Shown: positions 36,479 to 51,300 of the stretch, piece after piece
Numbering within the stretch: the first letter of the stretch is position 1
Layout of the letters: every line of letters begins with the position of its first letter
Assembly (NCBI RefSeq): GCF_022539665.2
Contig: NC_081333.1
Location: 6,076,001 to 6,140,000 of the forward strand
DNA: 64,000 nucleotides
Reading direction: 5' to 3'
Source: Daphnia carinata
Taxonomy: Eukaryota
Made by a program: the position numbers and the translations under genes
Notes under the pieces: model-generated
What the model was told of the DNA's origin: nothing
The model's database searches: none
The model's input: only the letters and a program-made list of their open reading frames with translations

Positions 36479-39400
36479 TCTAAAGCAATTTACTTCTTCC
36501 AATTCATTCACTTTGTCTTACTTAACGTGGTTTTTGCGGTTTTTATGTGGCTTTGTTTTTCGAAATTTAAATGTTTGAAAAACTACTTCGCACCTTCGTT
36601 TAATTTTTTCTTCATTTTGCTTTATATCAATATCCAAAGCTGTCATAATATCATAGCAGATTGCTCGATACACCTCGATGATCATTGTTATATGATGCTA
36701 CCTTTAGCCCAATTCTGCTCGAAGACGTGCCTACAAAAACCAAATGGGTTTCATTAGATTGAATGTAATATTTTGTATATGATGTAAGCGTAATTACAGA
36801 ATTTATTTTTTATTATTGTTATTATTAGTCATTGAGTCTTGAGGCCTTACAATGACATCAGTTTCATCTATTTAAACAAATTTCGTGTTTCCTAGTGTGT
36901 GTCAATTTATGTGATGTAACGAATTAAAAACTAGAAACATACATAACATTTGACTGCAAAATCCAGAAAAGCAGTTTTTATAGCTTCGTAGCCGAAAATT
37001 GGTCAAATTACTAATAATGGTTGCAATCGAAACTTTTGAAATTGAGATTGGCAAGGCACGTGTGGCTCAGTTCTTAAAGCCAGTTACCACATCGGGTAGC
37101 TGTTATTCCCGTCAATTGCTTCCTGTTTTCTGTTTCGTTGCCTGACTAGTCTTGGATAGTCTAGTTTACTTAAACTTTTAATTCTTTACCACAGTCCTGT
37201 CACTACAATTAGCTTGTAGCTACAGTTTTGTCTCACCCCAAATGTTGCACATGTCGATTTAATTGATAACAGTGATTAGCTCTTATGCAGTGCAATTGTT
37301 AAAATCCCCAAACAACAAGACTGCTGTATAACAATAAACGACAGTACAGATTACAGTACGCAACACCTATACCATTACTGCACAAGAATTTCAATAATGG
37401 AACGTCGAACTAAGATTTACACGTAGTGCTCTTCAACAGACGAATAGCTGTTACCACAATAGAGCTATTGTGCTATTTCGGTTAACACAACCCTTGGTGT
37501 ACTATATGTGCCTGTGATACATTTGCAATGTAAATATACCTGTCTACAGAATGGAAACAGTTGTGAAAATGAAATATTCAGTGTCGGAAAACAAGAAGCA
37601 GCGTGGCCGGTACATCGGTAAACGCTTATTTCTAGGAGGATATGGTTATAAAGACAACAGGGAAACCACACCTATTAATCTCCGATACGATGCGATACCT
37701 AATCGCATCAAGTATTGGAGGCTAAGCCAATGCTTATTTTAGTATTAGGGTGAAACTTCAGCTGAAAGTGTGTTAAAACGGTTGCTCAACTAGGTTTATA
37801 TCAGAAAAAGTTTCTTCTATTTCCGTGTTAGTTTTCTTTTTTTTTTCATGTCAACCTGGGGCTAGATCACCGGCCCTTTAACCAGCTTTATCGGCAACAT
37901 AAATCACTCAACCTGTCATGAACATGTCGAAAATATCAACTGTAGCGCAGGATAGTCTCCCAGTCCCGCCTCTTCCTATATTACGGTAGATAACTAGGCA
38001 CGGAGGAGCGGGGCACATGGGGACACAGTTGCGTCCTTTAAGCGTGTTCTTTTCTAAAGTGACATTCTAAATTAGTCGTGCTTATACCAATACCTTAAAG
38101 CTGAAGATAGATTCATACATGGGAACAGCAATTAACGAAACGTTTCGGCTACGGCGGTTCAAGGGCTTCCGTACTATTTTTTTTAAGTGGGTTGTGAATA
38201 TCTAGGCTCGTCATTATGATAATTTTAAATTTTGCCTCAAAACTTGGTAGGTATCACTCCAGCAGGGACCTAGTATCCTTGGCACATTTAAAGAGACGGC
38301 AGCTTCTATTTAGGTTAACTTAGATTACGCCGTAGCTTTACTGCCTCAAACATTTTCACATCCGCCAGCTCGTAAGGTGTGTCGTATTAACAGCTAAAAA
38401 CTGCTTACATTTTCTCTGTTCCTTCCCAATTCTTGTGTGCAGAGTGAAATGACTTCGGAACCCTCTGCAAATTTTCAGGCTACGTTTAAACAAACTGCAC
38501 CGAATTATTACTGCCAAAAAAGAACAAAAAAACGGGGTGCATGAGAGCCTGTTTGATTTTGTTACATTTTTTTTAGCAGCAGAGCGACAGCCACCTTTTT
38601 CTACAGAGATGGATGTTTGGTCCCCTTCCTTTTTTTTTTGACCTTTTTTTTTATGTGCCGCTCTGAAAGCGCTCCGATTACCAAAGTGACGCCGTACAGC
38701 TAGCTTTTCTTTAGGTTAACCATAGCAATGTGGCAGCAGGGCAGGAAAAAGATTTGTTGCACCAACAATTCTCGATGATCACCGCATATATATATTTATC
38801 TCTTGAAATATTTGTGTTTTCCTCTTGTATTCAATAAATCAATGTCTACTAACCTACGTCGGAAGATGATCGATAGCTACATAACTTTCGTTTTTATTAA
38901 TAGTCTAGGGCACGTGTTGTGTCGGAGTATTTGAAAGAGTGACGAGTTCCAGGCATCCGAAAGCCATCGCCGATGTGAAATGCTAAGAAAATAGACTAGA
39001 CTGTTGGCTCATTAGCCAGCCGTTTTACTCATATTCTACTCTTTTTGTGGTACCGTTCTATTTGGTGGGACCCCTAGCCTCATTAGGCCTTGCCGCAAAA
39101 GGGATGAGTCCGGATGTTGGGGATCAATTCCAACTCTTCAAGCACAGGCAGCCCACACCCCTCCCACACCCACATGTAAATATGAAAAGAATGTACTACC
39201 AAGAACATTTACAGTTGAAGCTGAAATGCGGTGAAAACGGACATACGCAAAGCTATGAGTTGAGGCACACACCCTTTGACCTCGACAACAAAACCGCCAC
39301 CGTCAAACAGACTGTTACCGATTTCAGAATCATATATGTATACACATTTTTTTTTGTACAGTGAAAAGGATGTATAGTGTCATCTGGAAGACGTAATTCT

Positions 39401-42400
39401 ATGTATTGTATGTTGTGCGAGCTTCAATTGTATACTGTCGAAAAGTAACCCTTAAATCACGTAAATTTTGTACTAAAGTACATATTACTAGATATATGTA
39501 GCTGTTTTTTTACTTTGTCGCCATTAACAGAGCCAGCAGTATTCAAGAGCTAAAAAAATTCACTTCGATTACCTATTATTCATGTTGTTCTTCCGATGCA
39601 TTTTTTCGGTACTCGAACAATGTGATCCTAAGAACAATCGTGTTTTTTGTGATGTAGCCTACCTTTGTTTTTTTTGTTTTTTTACTTACATTTTTCCAAG
39701 TTAAACCAAAAACTATTTTATGGATTTAAGCTATGACTAAATCTATTTAATGTGTTGTAATAATCGTATTTACGTTGGAAATATTTGTAGAGAATTGCTC
39801 ATTTTTGACAATTGTTCAGAACGCATACGTTAACATACATATTTGCAAATAGGAGAACCATTTTGATATTTAAAAACAACTCAACGTTACTTTAGATTGC
39901 ATAATTGATTGACAAGTAATGGTTGCACCACAAATAGGATTGGATTGCAAAATGCAGTACACCGTATAGGCCAGTAAGGATTTGTAACATTTTAAAGCAC
40001 TTTCTCCTTTGTTCAAACAATGCCATCTCCGTAGTTCATTAGTTGATAGTGACGACTAACCCATTATCTTCATTTCCTTGTGTTCATCATATTGTTTAGA
40101 TTGGTCTACATTACTTTATATTCTACTGTCAGTTCAAACCGAGCTGTGATTTATATGCTTTCCAAGTTACCGTTTGCATATACACATGACCGCTAAAGAA
40201 TTGACGGAAGAACAAATATGGTCGTTTTCCCTATTATGAAACATTTTCTATTGCAGAACGTTTGAGTGCCCCCCCCCCCCCCCCGAATGCATATTTTTTA
40301 TACTCTTTCTGTGAGGCAGGCAGTAAAAAATCGAAATAAAACTAAAATCAATAAAATAAAAAATTATAATGCCAGTTCTTGTTGTACAGGGCTGAGTCGG
40401 ATTTCAATGTGTGGCTGACTGACTAGTCGACTGCTCGGAAACACGAGAGTTAATTTAGGAACCGGGCGATGACGGCTGAAAACGTTGGAGGCATCTGAGG
40501 GGAGTTGGCAGCTGTGTATGGCGCTCGTATCGTGGATATGGGGTACTGTGCAGGCGGCTTGATTGAAAAAAGATCACTGCCCGATAACCTAAGCATTCCT
40601 ACGGCGGCTCGGGCTAGGAGCCGAGGAATTAGCGCCGATAAGAGTGAGCTGCCATCTTACATTTTCCGCGGCCCCTCTCCGACTCTGCGCTGTCTTGAAA
40701 AACCTCTCCCCCCTTCCGTATTCGTCTTCGTGTTCTACTCTTATACAAGCACTCACGTTCTATTTATTCGATGCGAGAGCAAATCATGATTGCCTCAGAA
40801 ATTTCCACCAGGAAAAGTTTAATTGATAATTGTTGCTTCATGGGAAATTTTGGCATGCTAATTTCTTCGGTTGTTCTAATTATGAGCAACGATTCAATAT
40901 TTGATAAGGAACTCAAATTACTTGCAATTATTACGTCACCATTCCAAGAGGAGAGCTAAAGTAAACTACGCGTTGTAGAACTCGCTTAGAACTCGAGTTG
41001 TAGAACACTGCGTGGCTGCATGGATAGGTTCGCGTAGTCGCAGGGACTTGTAAAACTTTGTCGACAAACAAACGTTAGCAATTAGTTAATTTACCTGATG
41101 GCTAAATGGCGACGACGAAATCGAGGACGGAAAAAATCGAATTATTTGACATAATTTCTAAAAACGACGACGATAATTCGTTTTTACGATGCATCTGGGT
41201 TCAGAATTGATGACGTAACACGAGGGGTTACACTTCAGACGGTCATAATATGATATCCTAACGGTCTTTTTCATGGATATGTAGTGTATAGATATTTACA
41301 TACTGTGCGCGGTATATGTCTTGTGAAGAAAGAAATTTGAAGCTAATTTCATATTTCGTAAATCTTTAACGAGAGGAAAAGGGTGGATTTGATGGTGTGA
41401 TGCGTGTACGCTCTCCACTCTGCTGTAAGCTGTTCGTGGAAATGAAAGGCTGAGAAAGACGGGTGAAAAAAAAATTGGGAGGAGCAAATGGGAGGGATAA
41501 GGGAGCGTCACGGGTGGAAAGTAAGACTTTCCATTTCATGCTGTGACTTCAAACCGAACGCCGCATTCACCAAAGACGCTAACCGTATCTGAAGTTGTGG
41601 GCAAGCAAGTCTGCTCGTAACTGTCGAACCCATTGCACATACCCAGAAAATGGATTGCGAGCAGAATTAACGAATGTAAGAGCTCACGACAGAAAAGGGC
41701 CGTACGCAGATACGCAGAATATTCCCGAAACCACGAAACGGTTCAGCTGAGCAAACTGATTAGTACACCAGACTTTATGAGCCGGAGAATTGAAAAGAAA
41801 ACAGCTAGAATAACTCAAATGAGTTTTTACAAATCAAAATATAATAGTTTACACCAAGCGGGAAAGTGACAGACAGGAGTAGACCATAAGAGTACCGGGT
41901 TAAAAAAAAATACACATATTAATTTAATTATTTTTTAAATTAAATTTTTTTTCTCTTTGCGCATTAAAAAAGTTCATTTATGCCCGCCAGCGGTCGACTT
42001 CAACGTTCTCACGGATTTTTTTTTTGTTCCGACTTTATAAGACTGGTTTATTTTATATGATTCTGACGCAATATAAGGTTGCTTTGCAGGAATGAGTGAG
42101 TAGGGGAAATGGCTGGGGGGAGGTCACACCTCTTTTTACCGCCCCACGTCCACTGACGGAAACACAGGTGCAGCACGGGGTAAGTCAAGTATTAGTCAAC
42201 TACGACGGACAACTCAAAAATTATGCATGCGCATTATTGCTGTGACACGATTGGGAGCCTAATGCAAAACAACAGACGACGTCAATTCATTTACTACGGC
42301 ATTTGTAAATGTTTTCGATTCAGCTAGTGGTGCCGAAAGGCCTGGGAATTTATAGAAATGCTGTCCAACACACCGAACGGCATCGCATGATAAAATAGCG

Positions 42401-45308
42401 GCTACTGGTTTCTAGCTATATTCACAGACCATATAGCTCGCGGTATTGCATTAGGAGGGAAATCTCATGCAGAATGCAGTAACCTCGGAAAAGAGTCTAT
42501 AGCTTACCTTGATGAAAAATGCAAATGCGCATATTGGATTTGATTCAAAAATGGCGATTCAGCGATAAAATCGGATTAAATAGATGCCGACGAAGGCCAT
42601 TTAAGAAGTGCTGCGTGCATATTCACGAAAGATTGGAAATGACACATTAGGGAATGGAAGGCGACACTGAGCGATTCAACATGCGCGGGAACGGTCGGAA
42701 AATGCCGACAATTGGTTCTGTCACCAGCTCCCCTACACCGCTTCTTTGGTAGAAAATTTACTTCCAATGACTAGTGACTGACATTCTTCCGCCTCCCCCT
42801 TGTTGACTTCCCCCTTGCTCTATAGCTGTTTGACGGTATATAGTTGAAATTCCGAGATCCAGATGCTGCAAATTCCCGAGCTGCTCCCGTCTAAGTTGCC
42901 TAGCCAACTTTGCTGCGCTTCACCAAACCCACGGAATATACATCAACGCCATTCTTCAACATTACAGAGACACTTTTAAAGCAATAGTGCACAGTTACGT
43001 ACGGGATCTTAGTCACATAAAAAACGTAACAAATAAACGAGCCCTTCAGAGTCATTTAGGATCCTATAAAACGCATTTGAAGGTATACACAAACAGGCTC
43101 AGCGTCGTTGAGCGGTTTTCGGATCATTGGAGCGACTCGAGTGTGTGTGATAAAGGAGAAAAAAATCATTCCCAACTGGTTATAGTGTTTTTTTTTGTTT
43201 TGTTTTTTGTTTGGTTTTTTGTTTGGTTTTTACCAGCAGGAAACCATATAGACTACCAAGTTTGCAATAAAACGTTCCATGATTTTTTAAGATTAAAGGA
43301 TTTTACGTGAAAATATATACAATATACATAATTAGGCCCAGTAAAATAGTCAATCGTTCTGAAATATAGGTCCCTAATAAGCTGCAAGGATGACTGAACA
43401 GCCAACCAAATGTCCATTTTTATCGCCATGGTTGTTCTGCGATAACTAGAAGAACGTGATGTGGGTTACTCTTTGGTAACGAAGCCATACGCTGGCACAA
43501 TGGTTTGCCAAATAGCATTCTACAGAACACCTAGAACGGCAGCTGATGCTGGTTTAAATACAAACGTCAATTATAAACCAGCTGGCTCGTTATTGATACG
43601 GCGTAATAGTAAACGACACATCAATGTGAATACAAAACAGCGGGCACTGCCGTATTTCTTCACCGTCGACCCACTCTAGACGCTCACGATTGTTAACTCG
43701 TGGGCCAACTGAAGAAACACGAATAAAAAGAAAAACCAGACCTGTAAGGTCTAAATGTGTATTATAACCAGCAAGTACAAACAGCGTGGAGAGGAGTACC
43801 TACTACCGCCACTTTAACCTTGGAGTAATATTTCGTAAGAAAACAAAAAAACCAACGAGACGATATTGAAGTGTGTATATAAACGGTTGCTGGTTGGGTT
43901 TGGGCCAGGGAGGTTAATAATAGAGAGTAATAATATGGAGTTGTATCAGGAATGGCTAAAGCTAGATAAACTAATACCAACATCGATACACAAGTAAACG
44001 GATTAATGAGAGACACATAATTTTTAAAAAATGGACTATAAGAAAAGAGACTATGCTTATGAAAAAGATGAAAACAGCGGATCAGAATTCTCAGCGGTAG
44101 CAAAACCACGTCCAACTAGCTAAAATGTCCCAATCTTTCTTGTTCTGTTATTGTTTTTTTTTTTTTTTTCTTTTGCATCTTCAATTGAGTCTGTTCACGT
44201 AGCACATAATGATTCTCCGTATTTCGATGTAACGAACGTCATGCAGGTGACCCAAAAGAAAGTCATTCACGTAACTTATTACTGGATTTTTGTTTTTCGA
44301 TTATCACAACAAACAAAGGAGATAAAAATGAAACTCTTCAAAGTGCCGCTTCTTCCCTCCTCTTTACAAACCCTTTTTTTTTGCCACCCCAGCAATGACT
44401 TTTCTTTGGCAAAGGTATCCGACTAACCGACTTTTTCTCTTCCTGCCAATCATGGACAAGGCAGGTTTCCAGTTGCGATGGAACAGTTTTTTTCTTTTTC
44501 TTTCCCTAATTAGCAGGATTGTGCGTCCACAACCAGAGAGGAGGTTTAAGGCTAGCGTAAAGTAAATGCAGTTTCGGTATAAAGAAAAGAAAGAAAGAGA
44601 AAGGGGTGAAACAAAATCTAACCATCGCGCTCATCAATCAAAAACCGAAAGTTTGGAGATGGACGAACTTGTGAACAAGGAACCAACGAAAATGTATCAG
44701 GTCAAAGGGACTTTAGACGGTATCGAGTCACGGGAAATATAACGCCTTGCAGTTCGGAAAAAAAAAGGGAAAAACATTGACAAGAACGAAAAAGAGGGAA
44801 AGAAAATGAAGCATCTGTTGTCCAGCCACGAGCAAATACAAAAGCCACAAGAACATGAACTGTACATGTAAAAATTGGGATAACTTAAACGGCAGACAGC
44901 ACATGGAGAAACTGAAATATGAAACCAAACAACGAAGGGGTTCACAAGCCAAGAGTGCTATTGGGAAAAGAAAAGAAAATTTTTTTTATTGTGATGGTGT
45001 TGATTTTAAGAAAATTCGTGGTCGGAAGCGTTATTGCACAAATTTTGGAAACGGAATCGATACAAGGAGAAATACAACTAGATACGGTCGTAAGTAAGAA
45101 GTTGTCAAGCACTTATCGTAAGATGCCGCCGATAACGACACATTCAAATAAAACAAATACTGTGATATCAGAAACATAAACAAAGTCAGAATCCTTTTAT
45201 TTTTTTTATCCACCTATTTTTTTTTTCGCACCGGCAGACAAAGACAGCTTTCTGTTTGTTTTTTTCTTCCCTTTTGTAGAGTTCATTTTCGTCCAGTAAT
45301 GAATTTCC

Positions 45309-48300
45309 TTAGGCCTTCTTTAGTAATTGTCCAGCACGTTGATTGGCGATAGATATCCTGTTCTCGTTGGATTCACCCTGTAAATGAAAGTGTAATTAGT
45401 AGGATCGACTTTGAGCCAATGATTAACGAAGTGCCTCTAGCCTACAAGAACTATTATTGCTGTTCTACAACAGCGATTTTCTCCCAAAAGGGAGGAACGC
45501 GACGCGCAAATCGAAGGTTATCGCATGGCAGTTCAATGATTGCATTTTCCCAATATTACGCAGTAAATGGCTACAATATCTCTAAACCGTAACTGTTCCG
45601 ATAGTAGCGTCTGCAAAAGCGGCAAAATACGCAGAAAAAAAAAAAAATAAACAAAATAAAACGGTTAAAACTGCAAAAGAAGCGCCCGTCTATTTTTTTT
45701 TGGAGGGGGGGGATTAAAGTATGTGTCTTAATGTCCGTACTGCACATGTTCGTTTCGTCAATCGGGAGCTTATTTCAGCAACTTGCCAGCATGCTGGCTC
45801 GCTTCCGTGACACGAACGACGTTCGAAGTGCCCTGCACAAGATTATCGCCATACATTTTACCATAAATTTAAATCTGCCATCACATGTTTATAGGATGTT
45901 TAGATATATAGGACCATATGGGATAAAAAAAAAAAGTTGCATTTTGCCATACTTTTTTTTTCCTTTTTTCTTTCTCGCAAAATTTCTTCTTACCTTGGCG
46001 TTGATTCGATCCAGTTGTCTGTTCTGGTTCTCGATTTCTGACCCCATGTCGATGGCCATATTGCGCAAATTACCAATCATGGTGCTCACTTGGGTCATAT
46101 TTTCCTCCATTTCACCTTCTCGAGCATCTTTGCTGATCCTGTTCAAAGATAAAACACAAGCACAAACAGCATCAAGAAAAGACTCAATTGGCAGTAACTG
46201 CTAGTAAGTTCTTATAGGAAGACTACGCCTTACTTGGCAATGTAACCGCCTGCTGGACCAATTCCGTTGCGGTCATCCATGACCCTAGTTGGCTGATTAT
46301 TGACTATTTTACCATCATCGTTGCCTTTCCACGTTCCTTCATCTTCCTTAAATTGCGACGATCTGGAAAAAAGGCCGCAGAAAATATCAATTATTTATTA
46401 TTACGCACACACCCATTCACATTCAAATTCACCAATGCAAAAACAAACAAAAAACAAAACAAAACAAAATCCTTGTTAAGTAACCCCCCTCTCCCGACCC
46501 TACTGCTTACAAAACGAAAAATAATGGAAGGGAAAAGACGTATTTGCTAAAGCTCACTTGTTGCAAGGAAGGACACACAGCCCGCAGCACTTCTCCATGC
46601 CTGCCAGATTACTCTCGGCTTCTTTCATATCCGCATTAATTTGGTCCATACCCTCTTCAATGCGGTCCAGTTGTTCTGTATTTATGTGTTTATCATAAAG
46701 CTTGGATTAACATCAGAGTAATGGTATTATGGCTGAACAGACTGAAGACAAATAGTCATGAACACACACAAAAAAAGCGAAAGTATTAAAATGGAGGAAC
46801 TAAAATGCTAGGCATGCTAAAATTGTCCCAATTTCTCGAGGAAAGCTTGTGATTTTGATTTTAAATGAGATGCAACGCATTAAAAGAACGCATGCAGCTC
46901 TCTTAAAGTATTTTAACATAAATTTTGAAAAAGACTGCACGAGAGATAACCCATGCTCGATGATTAACCAAGCGGTGTCAAGCGATAACAAGCAAAAACC
47001 AATTGGAAACGAAATGGCCTGAGAACAAGATTTGACCCTTCCCAGTGAGATTTGTGCATTAAAAACGAGAGCAAATTGTTCAACTTTGTTACAATACAGT
47101 AAAGACAAACTGAGAATGAACAACAATCTTACCGCCTTGTCCGTGCAAATTTTCAAGAGTTTTGGCACCAACATCTTGACTCTACGGGGGAAAAAAATGG
47201 CAAAACAAAACTCAAAAAGCTATAAAATAAAATAAAAATTTACGAGCAAAACTGAAATTATACGTAACAAATGATAAACGAAAAAAGATAGAACAATACG
47301 GGAAAAAACGACAATACGGCAATGTACTAATACAGCTAGGCATCGGTCTATCAACCGTCGGAGGCAAAAAAAAAAACCCAAATCAAGTTGAACTATCGTG
47401 GCTAATAAGTTATATCAAAATTTATTGTAAAAAAAATGTGGTGAAGGTAAAAAGATGTGGTGAAGGTAAAAAGATGTGGAACGATTCATTTTCTAACGAC
47501 TGACGAAACCAAGCAATGGCGATCTAATGCATCACCTTTCGATTCATTGATGGACACGGCTAAGGATAATAATTGATTCGAGATTGTAATGGGCTTTGAG
47601 GCCGTGCCTTTTTCATCTCAACCCAACAGGCAACCACGAGCATTTATCGTAGCCACAAGTGATAGTTACGTAAAGGAACGAGAGGAAGTTGCTAGCAATA
47701 AATCCGTCGATAGCAATCATGTGGAACTAAATGCGCCCAGTGAAGCAGAAAAATCGCAAAATGCGACAACATGCACGACAACACTAATTCAAGCTAAAAT
47801 GATACAGCTAGATAACAACAATGAAACTTAAAGTTTTCTTTGAACGGCGGCTAACTGATTTTCGATATTGACATTGCAATAAAACGTCAAACTTGGCAGA
47901 AAAGAATATAAATGTTATTGCGCAGGTATGTTCATGTACCTCCTTGGTCATCCAACGCCACAAGTGTCCGAATGCCGGCTTCTTTGCTCTAGAAATACAA
48001 ACAAACAATGGCGACACGTTGGCGTGACAGAAAGACGACCCAAACAACGACATCGGAAACGAAACAAACGCTGTCAAGGCATCCGTGTTTGCTGATACCA
48101 TTTAAAAGTGATATGCAAGTTTCTGCTGCACTCTCTCAAACTTTTTTTTACATTCAGTTTTATCAGTTTACTTCAGAAGTGGTATGATTTGATGCGGACG
48201 TTGGCGAGATACAGAGCAGTGCAGAAATGTCTTGATTTCTCAAATGGTAACAACAATACCTCCACGTTCAATGTTCGGTTCAAGTTTTAACGATGTTCGC

Positions 48301-51300
48301 GCTGTGCGAATACCGAATCAGTACAATGCAGACCCTGCGCGAGTATGCAAAAATCAATAGGGAGCACTAGGCCGTATGATTCGAATGGCTGCACTTTGCC
48401 CTTCTTTTCTTCACGAGCGAAAACTTAGTTTGGGTGGCACAAAACGATGCACCATGGCTGCAAACTTGGTACTTTCCCGTGCGTAGGAGGAGAACACCAC
48501 AGGTGTCACACGGCTCTATTCTACACACGTTTTCTCCCAGTAGTTGCTCGAGAGAACTTCCTTTCATTGAAAGCCATATCTCCGACAAACCGGTGGAACA
48601 TCACTACCCGACATATATACTTTTTAAAACCTAACTTCCCAACTTACCTCTTCGCACAGCAACATCATCCGACGAGTGCTCTCCAACGACTTGAAAAATA
48701 AACAAGAAACATTCATTGATTAATTGATTTTGTAAGCTAGCGATATTGCAAAAATAAGTCTGATTTTCATAACAAAAGCACATTGACAGACGATGGGTTC
48801 ACTTTTTCGCATAAAGAATTAGGGTTGACAAAACTTTTTACGAATACGCCGTGGTCAACTATGAATGGAAAATCAACTAGAGCACCTGAAAATATTGTGA
48901 GGATCCTCATGGACGGGGAAGGGGCGACTTCAATTTCTGTGAAACGTTCAATGAAGATAAAACACGATAGCCTCTAGATATAATCTTGCTATAGGTCAAC
49001 CTGGCGTAGACTTTGTCGGTCAAGGCACGCACTGCTCTAATACAGTGCAAACTAAATTCCAAGTGACGGAATTAGTCACTAAACAAAAAAACAGGCGATC
49101 TTCTGACGGAAATTGAAAAATATAGCCTAGCTTAAGGTACGCTCTTTGAACAAAGGCCGCGAAGCTATTCAGGCGACGTGGAAAATCCATTGAGCAGTGA
49201 AAGAGCGCAGACGAAAGGCAGGCGTAGGTGTCTGTGCGCTACCGAGGAATGATGATAAATTCATGAATGTAGATTAATAAAATAGAAGGGCGTTGGCCTC
49301 GGGAGTAGGCCAACTGTATAAGGCTACATTAGGGGCACTTACGTGCACGGAAAACACGATGACGAAGGTACATGGAAGGATACGACCTCATTGCGTGTTC
49401 AAGGTACAGACAATAAGAAATGACATGGCTAGGGACAGGGAAAAGGCCAACTAAAAAAGAAATAAAATTAAAAAAAAAAAAGTAAGTAAATAAATAAAAA
49501 ATTCCAAAGCGAGTGAATTGCTACGAATATCGTGGTAACGCCGGTTCATCGAAGGAAAATAGGTAGCCGAACAAGACTAGTGACAATGACGAAACAGACC
49601 GACAGGCCAACAAGGCTAGGCGACATTCTGACGTGCTCGCCCAAGCGCATCTTTTGTCTCGCGCCGTTATCGTTGCTTATATCGGCGCCTTTGATATAAG
49701 GCGGAAGGTTATTCCAGCCATGCGAACAAGGCAGAAAGAAGAAAGGCGTTCTAAAAATGGACCAGAGGCGGCTACGGAGACAACCATGGCAAAGAAAAGT
49801 CCTAGAATCAAAAAAGCTAAAAACTAAAAACACACGCACACATAAAAAAAAACTAAATCCTTATGTTCTTTTATCTAGACCGAATGGACACAGCCAATTA
49901 CGGATTGGCAATGGGCTAGATATGTGTCTCACGTCTAATCGTTAACAGCACACCGCCTCCGATCATCTTCGCATTATTAAATGGCCTTTTTTTTCTTCAC
50001 CAACCGATTTGTCATTTCTCTTCACGAGGATGCATTCGAAAAGGAGTGAGAGTATCATTGAGGATTGCATGTTGTGGAAAGAAGCTGATACGTCAACACC
50101 ATCAACGTACAATCAACTGGAAGCAAACAAAGGAATCCCCGAGGTTCAACGTTTGCATGCCCATTAGTACCCACAGCCCACGCCGATTTTCATTGGTCAT
50201 GAAGAAAGTGGCTTGTTAAGCCTACCTCTTACTCTGTGCCATATACTGGGTGGATTGGGTGCGGGGAAAACGAGGTGTGAGATAAAGTGGTATCCATAAT
50301 CACCTCGACGGTGACATCCTCGATGTCTTGCTGGAGCTGATTGGCAAACTGGCGAACGGGTGGGTTGGTCGGTGGGTTCTTGGGATCGGTGGATCCTTTG
50401 ACAATCGAAGAGCCTTTGCTCTTATTACCTGGTGCCGCTTCGACCCCCATCGTCGTCTTGTATGTCGCACAGGATTGATGAAATGCGCTTTTTTTTCAGC
50501 CTACGGTTTTCTAAGTGTCAGACAGCCAGATTCCGCCGACCTCAGATTTCCAGTAGGTTCCCGCTCAAACAACACAGCGCAAACAATCGCTTTGTTCTTG
50601 AAGGACACCGTGAATCCGATGATCAATTGAAGGAAACCTTATCCACAGTGAAGTATCAGTCGGTGTTGGCGCGAGTATCAGTGCAGCAATAGCGATGTTG
50701 ATGGTGAATGGCGACAGAAAGCTAGGACGCACGTGAAGTCACTGGAGTCATCGTTTCCCTTGGTTACGCGATCCATACCTACGGTGACGAAAAGAGGCAC
50801 TTCCACGCGGCTATTTGCAGTACGCCTAGACAATTCTGCCGAGTAAGCGATCTACAGTTTTTTTTCTTTTTTGTTGTGGCTCGAGTTTGACGTCCCAGTC
50901 GCTGTTTAGAGACCAACGTCCCAAAACAGAATTGACTGGCCGACGCCCTACCACCTTTCGCTACACAATTTTGGAGAAAGTCAAACTATTCTTGCTTATC
51001 TGTTTCCTTTTTATTCGATGTAGACTTTCTTTTTTCCTTTTTCTTGTTTTATTCTGTCGTACGAAGAAATAGTCGAGCCAATGGAGGCACCCAAAAACCC
51101 AAGCAAGCGAATGGCATACGATGAAAACGTCAGTTGCGGAGAAAAAGGGTGACGCAAAGCACGCGACCAAACTATCAACCATTGGCCAAAAGTCCAATGG
51201 AGAAACGTTCCAGCCGTTCGTGTTGAGAGTCTGTCCGGGTTTGACCAGCCGTTGCCCCTTCGAACAAGGATAGCGGTAATAACTATCGAAAGACGAACGT

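Noticed and set aside
37000..45300. Numerous 60-120 aa ORFs between Pax1/9 and SNAP-25
   Set aside because: Low-complexity, Phe/Lys-rich, often with non-ATG starts; consistent with intergenic and 3' UTR sequence.
47535..47560. 24-nt AG/GT-bounded microexon candidate in a SNAP-25 intron
   Set aside because: Weak donor, no homology to SNARE exons, and it would disrupt the helix register.
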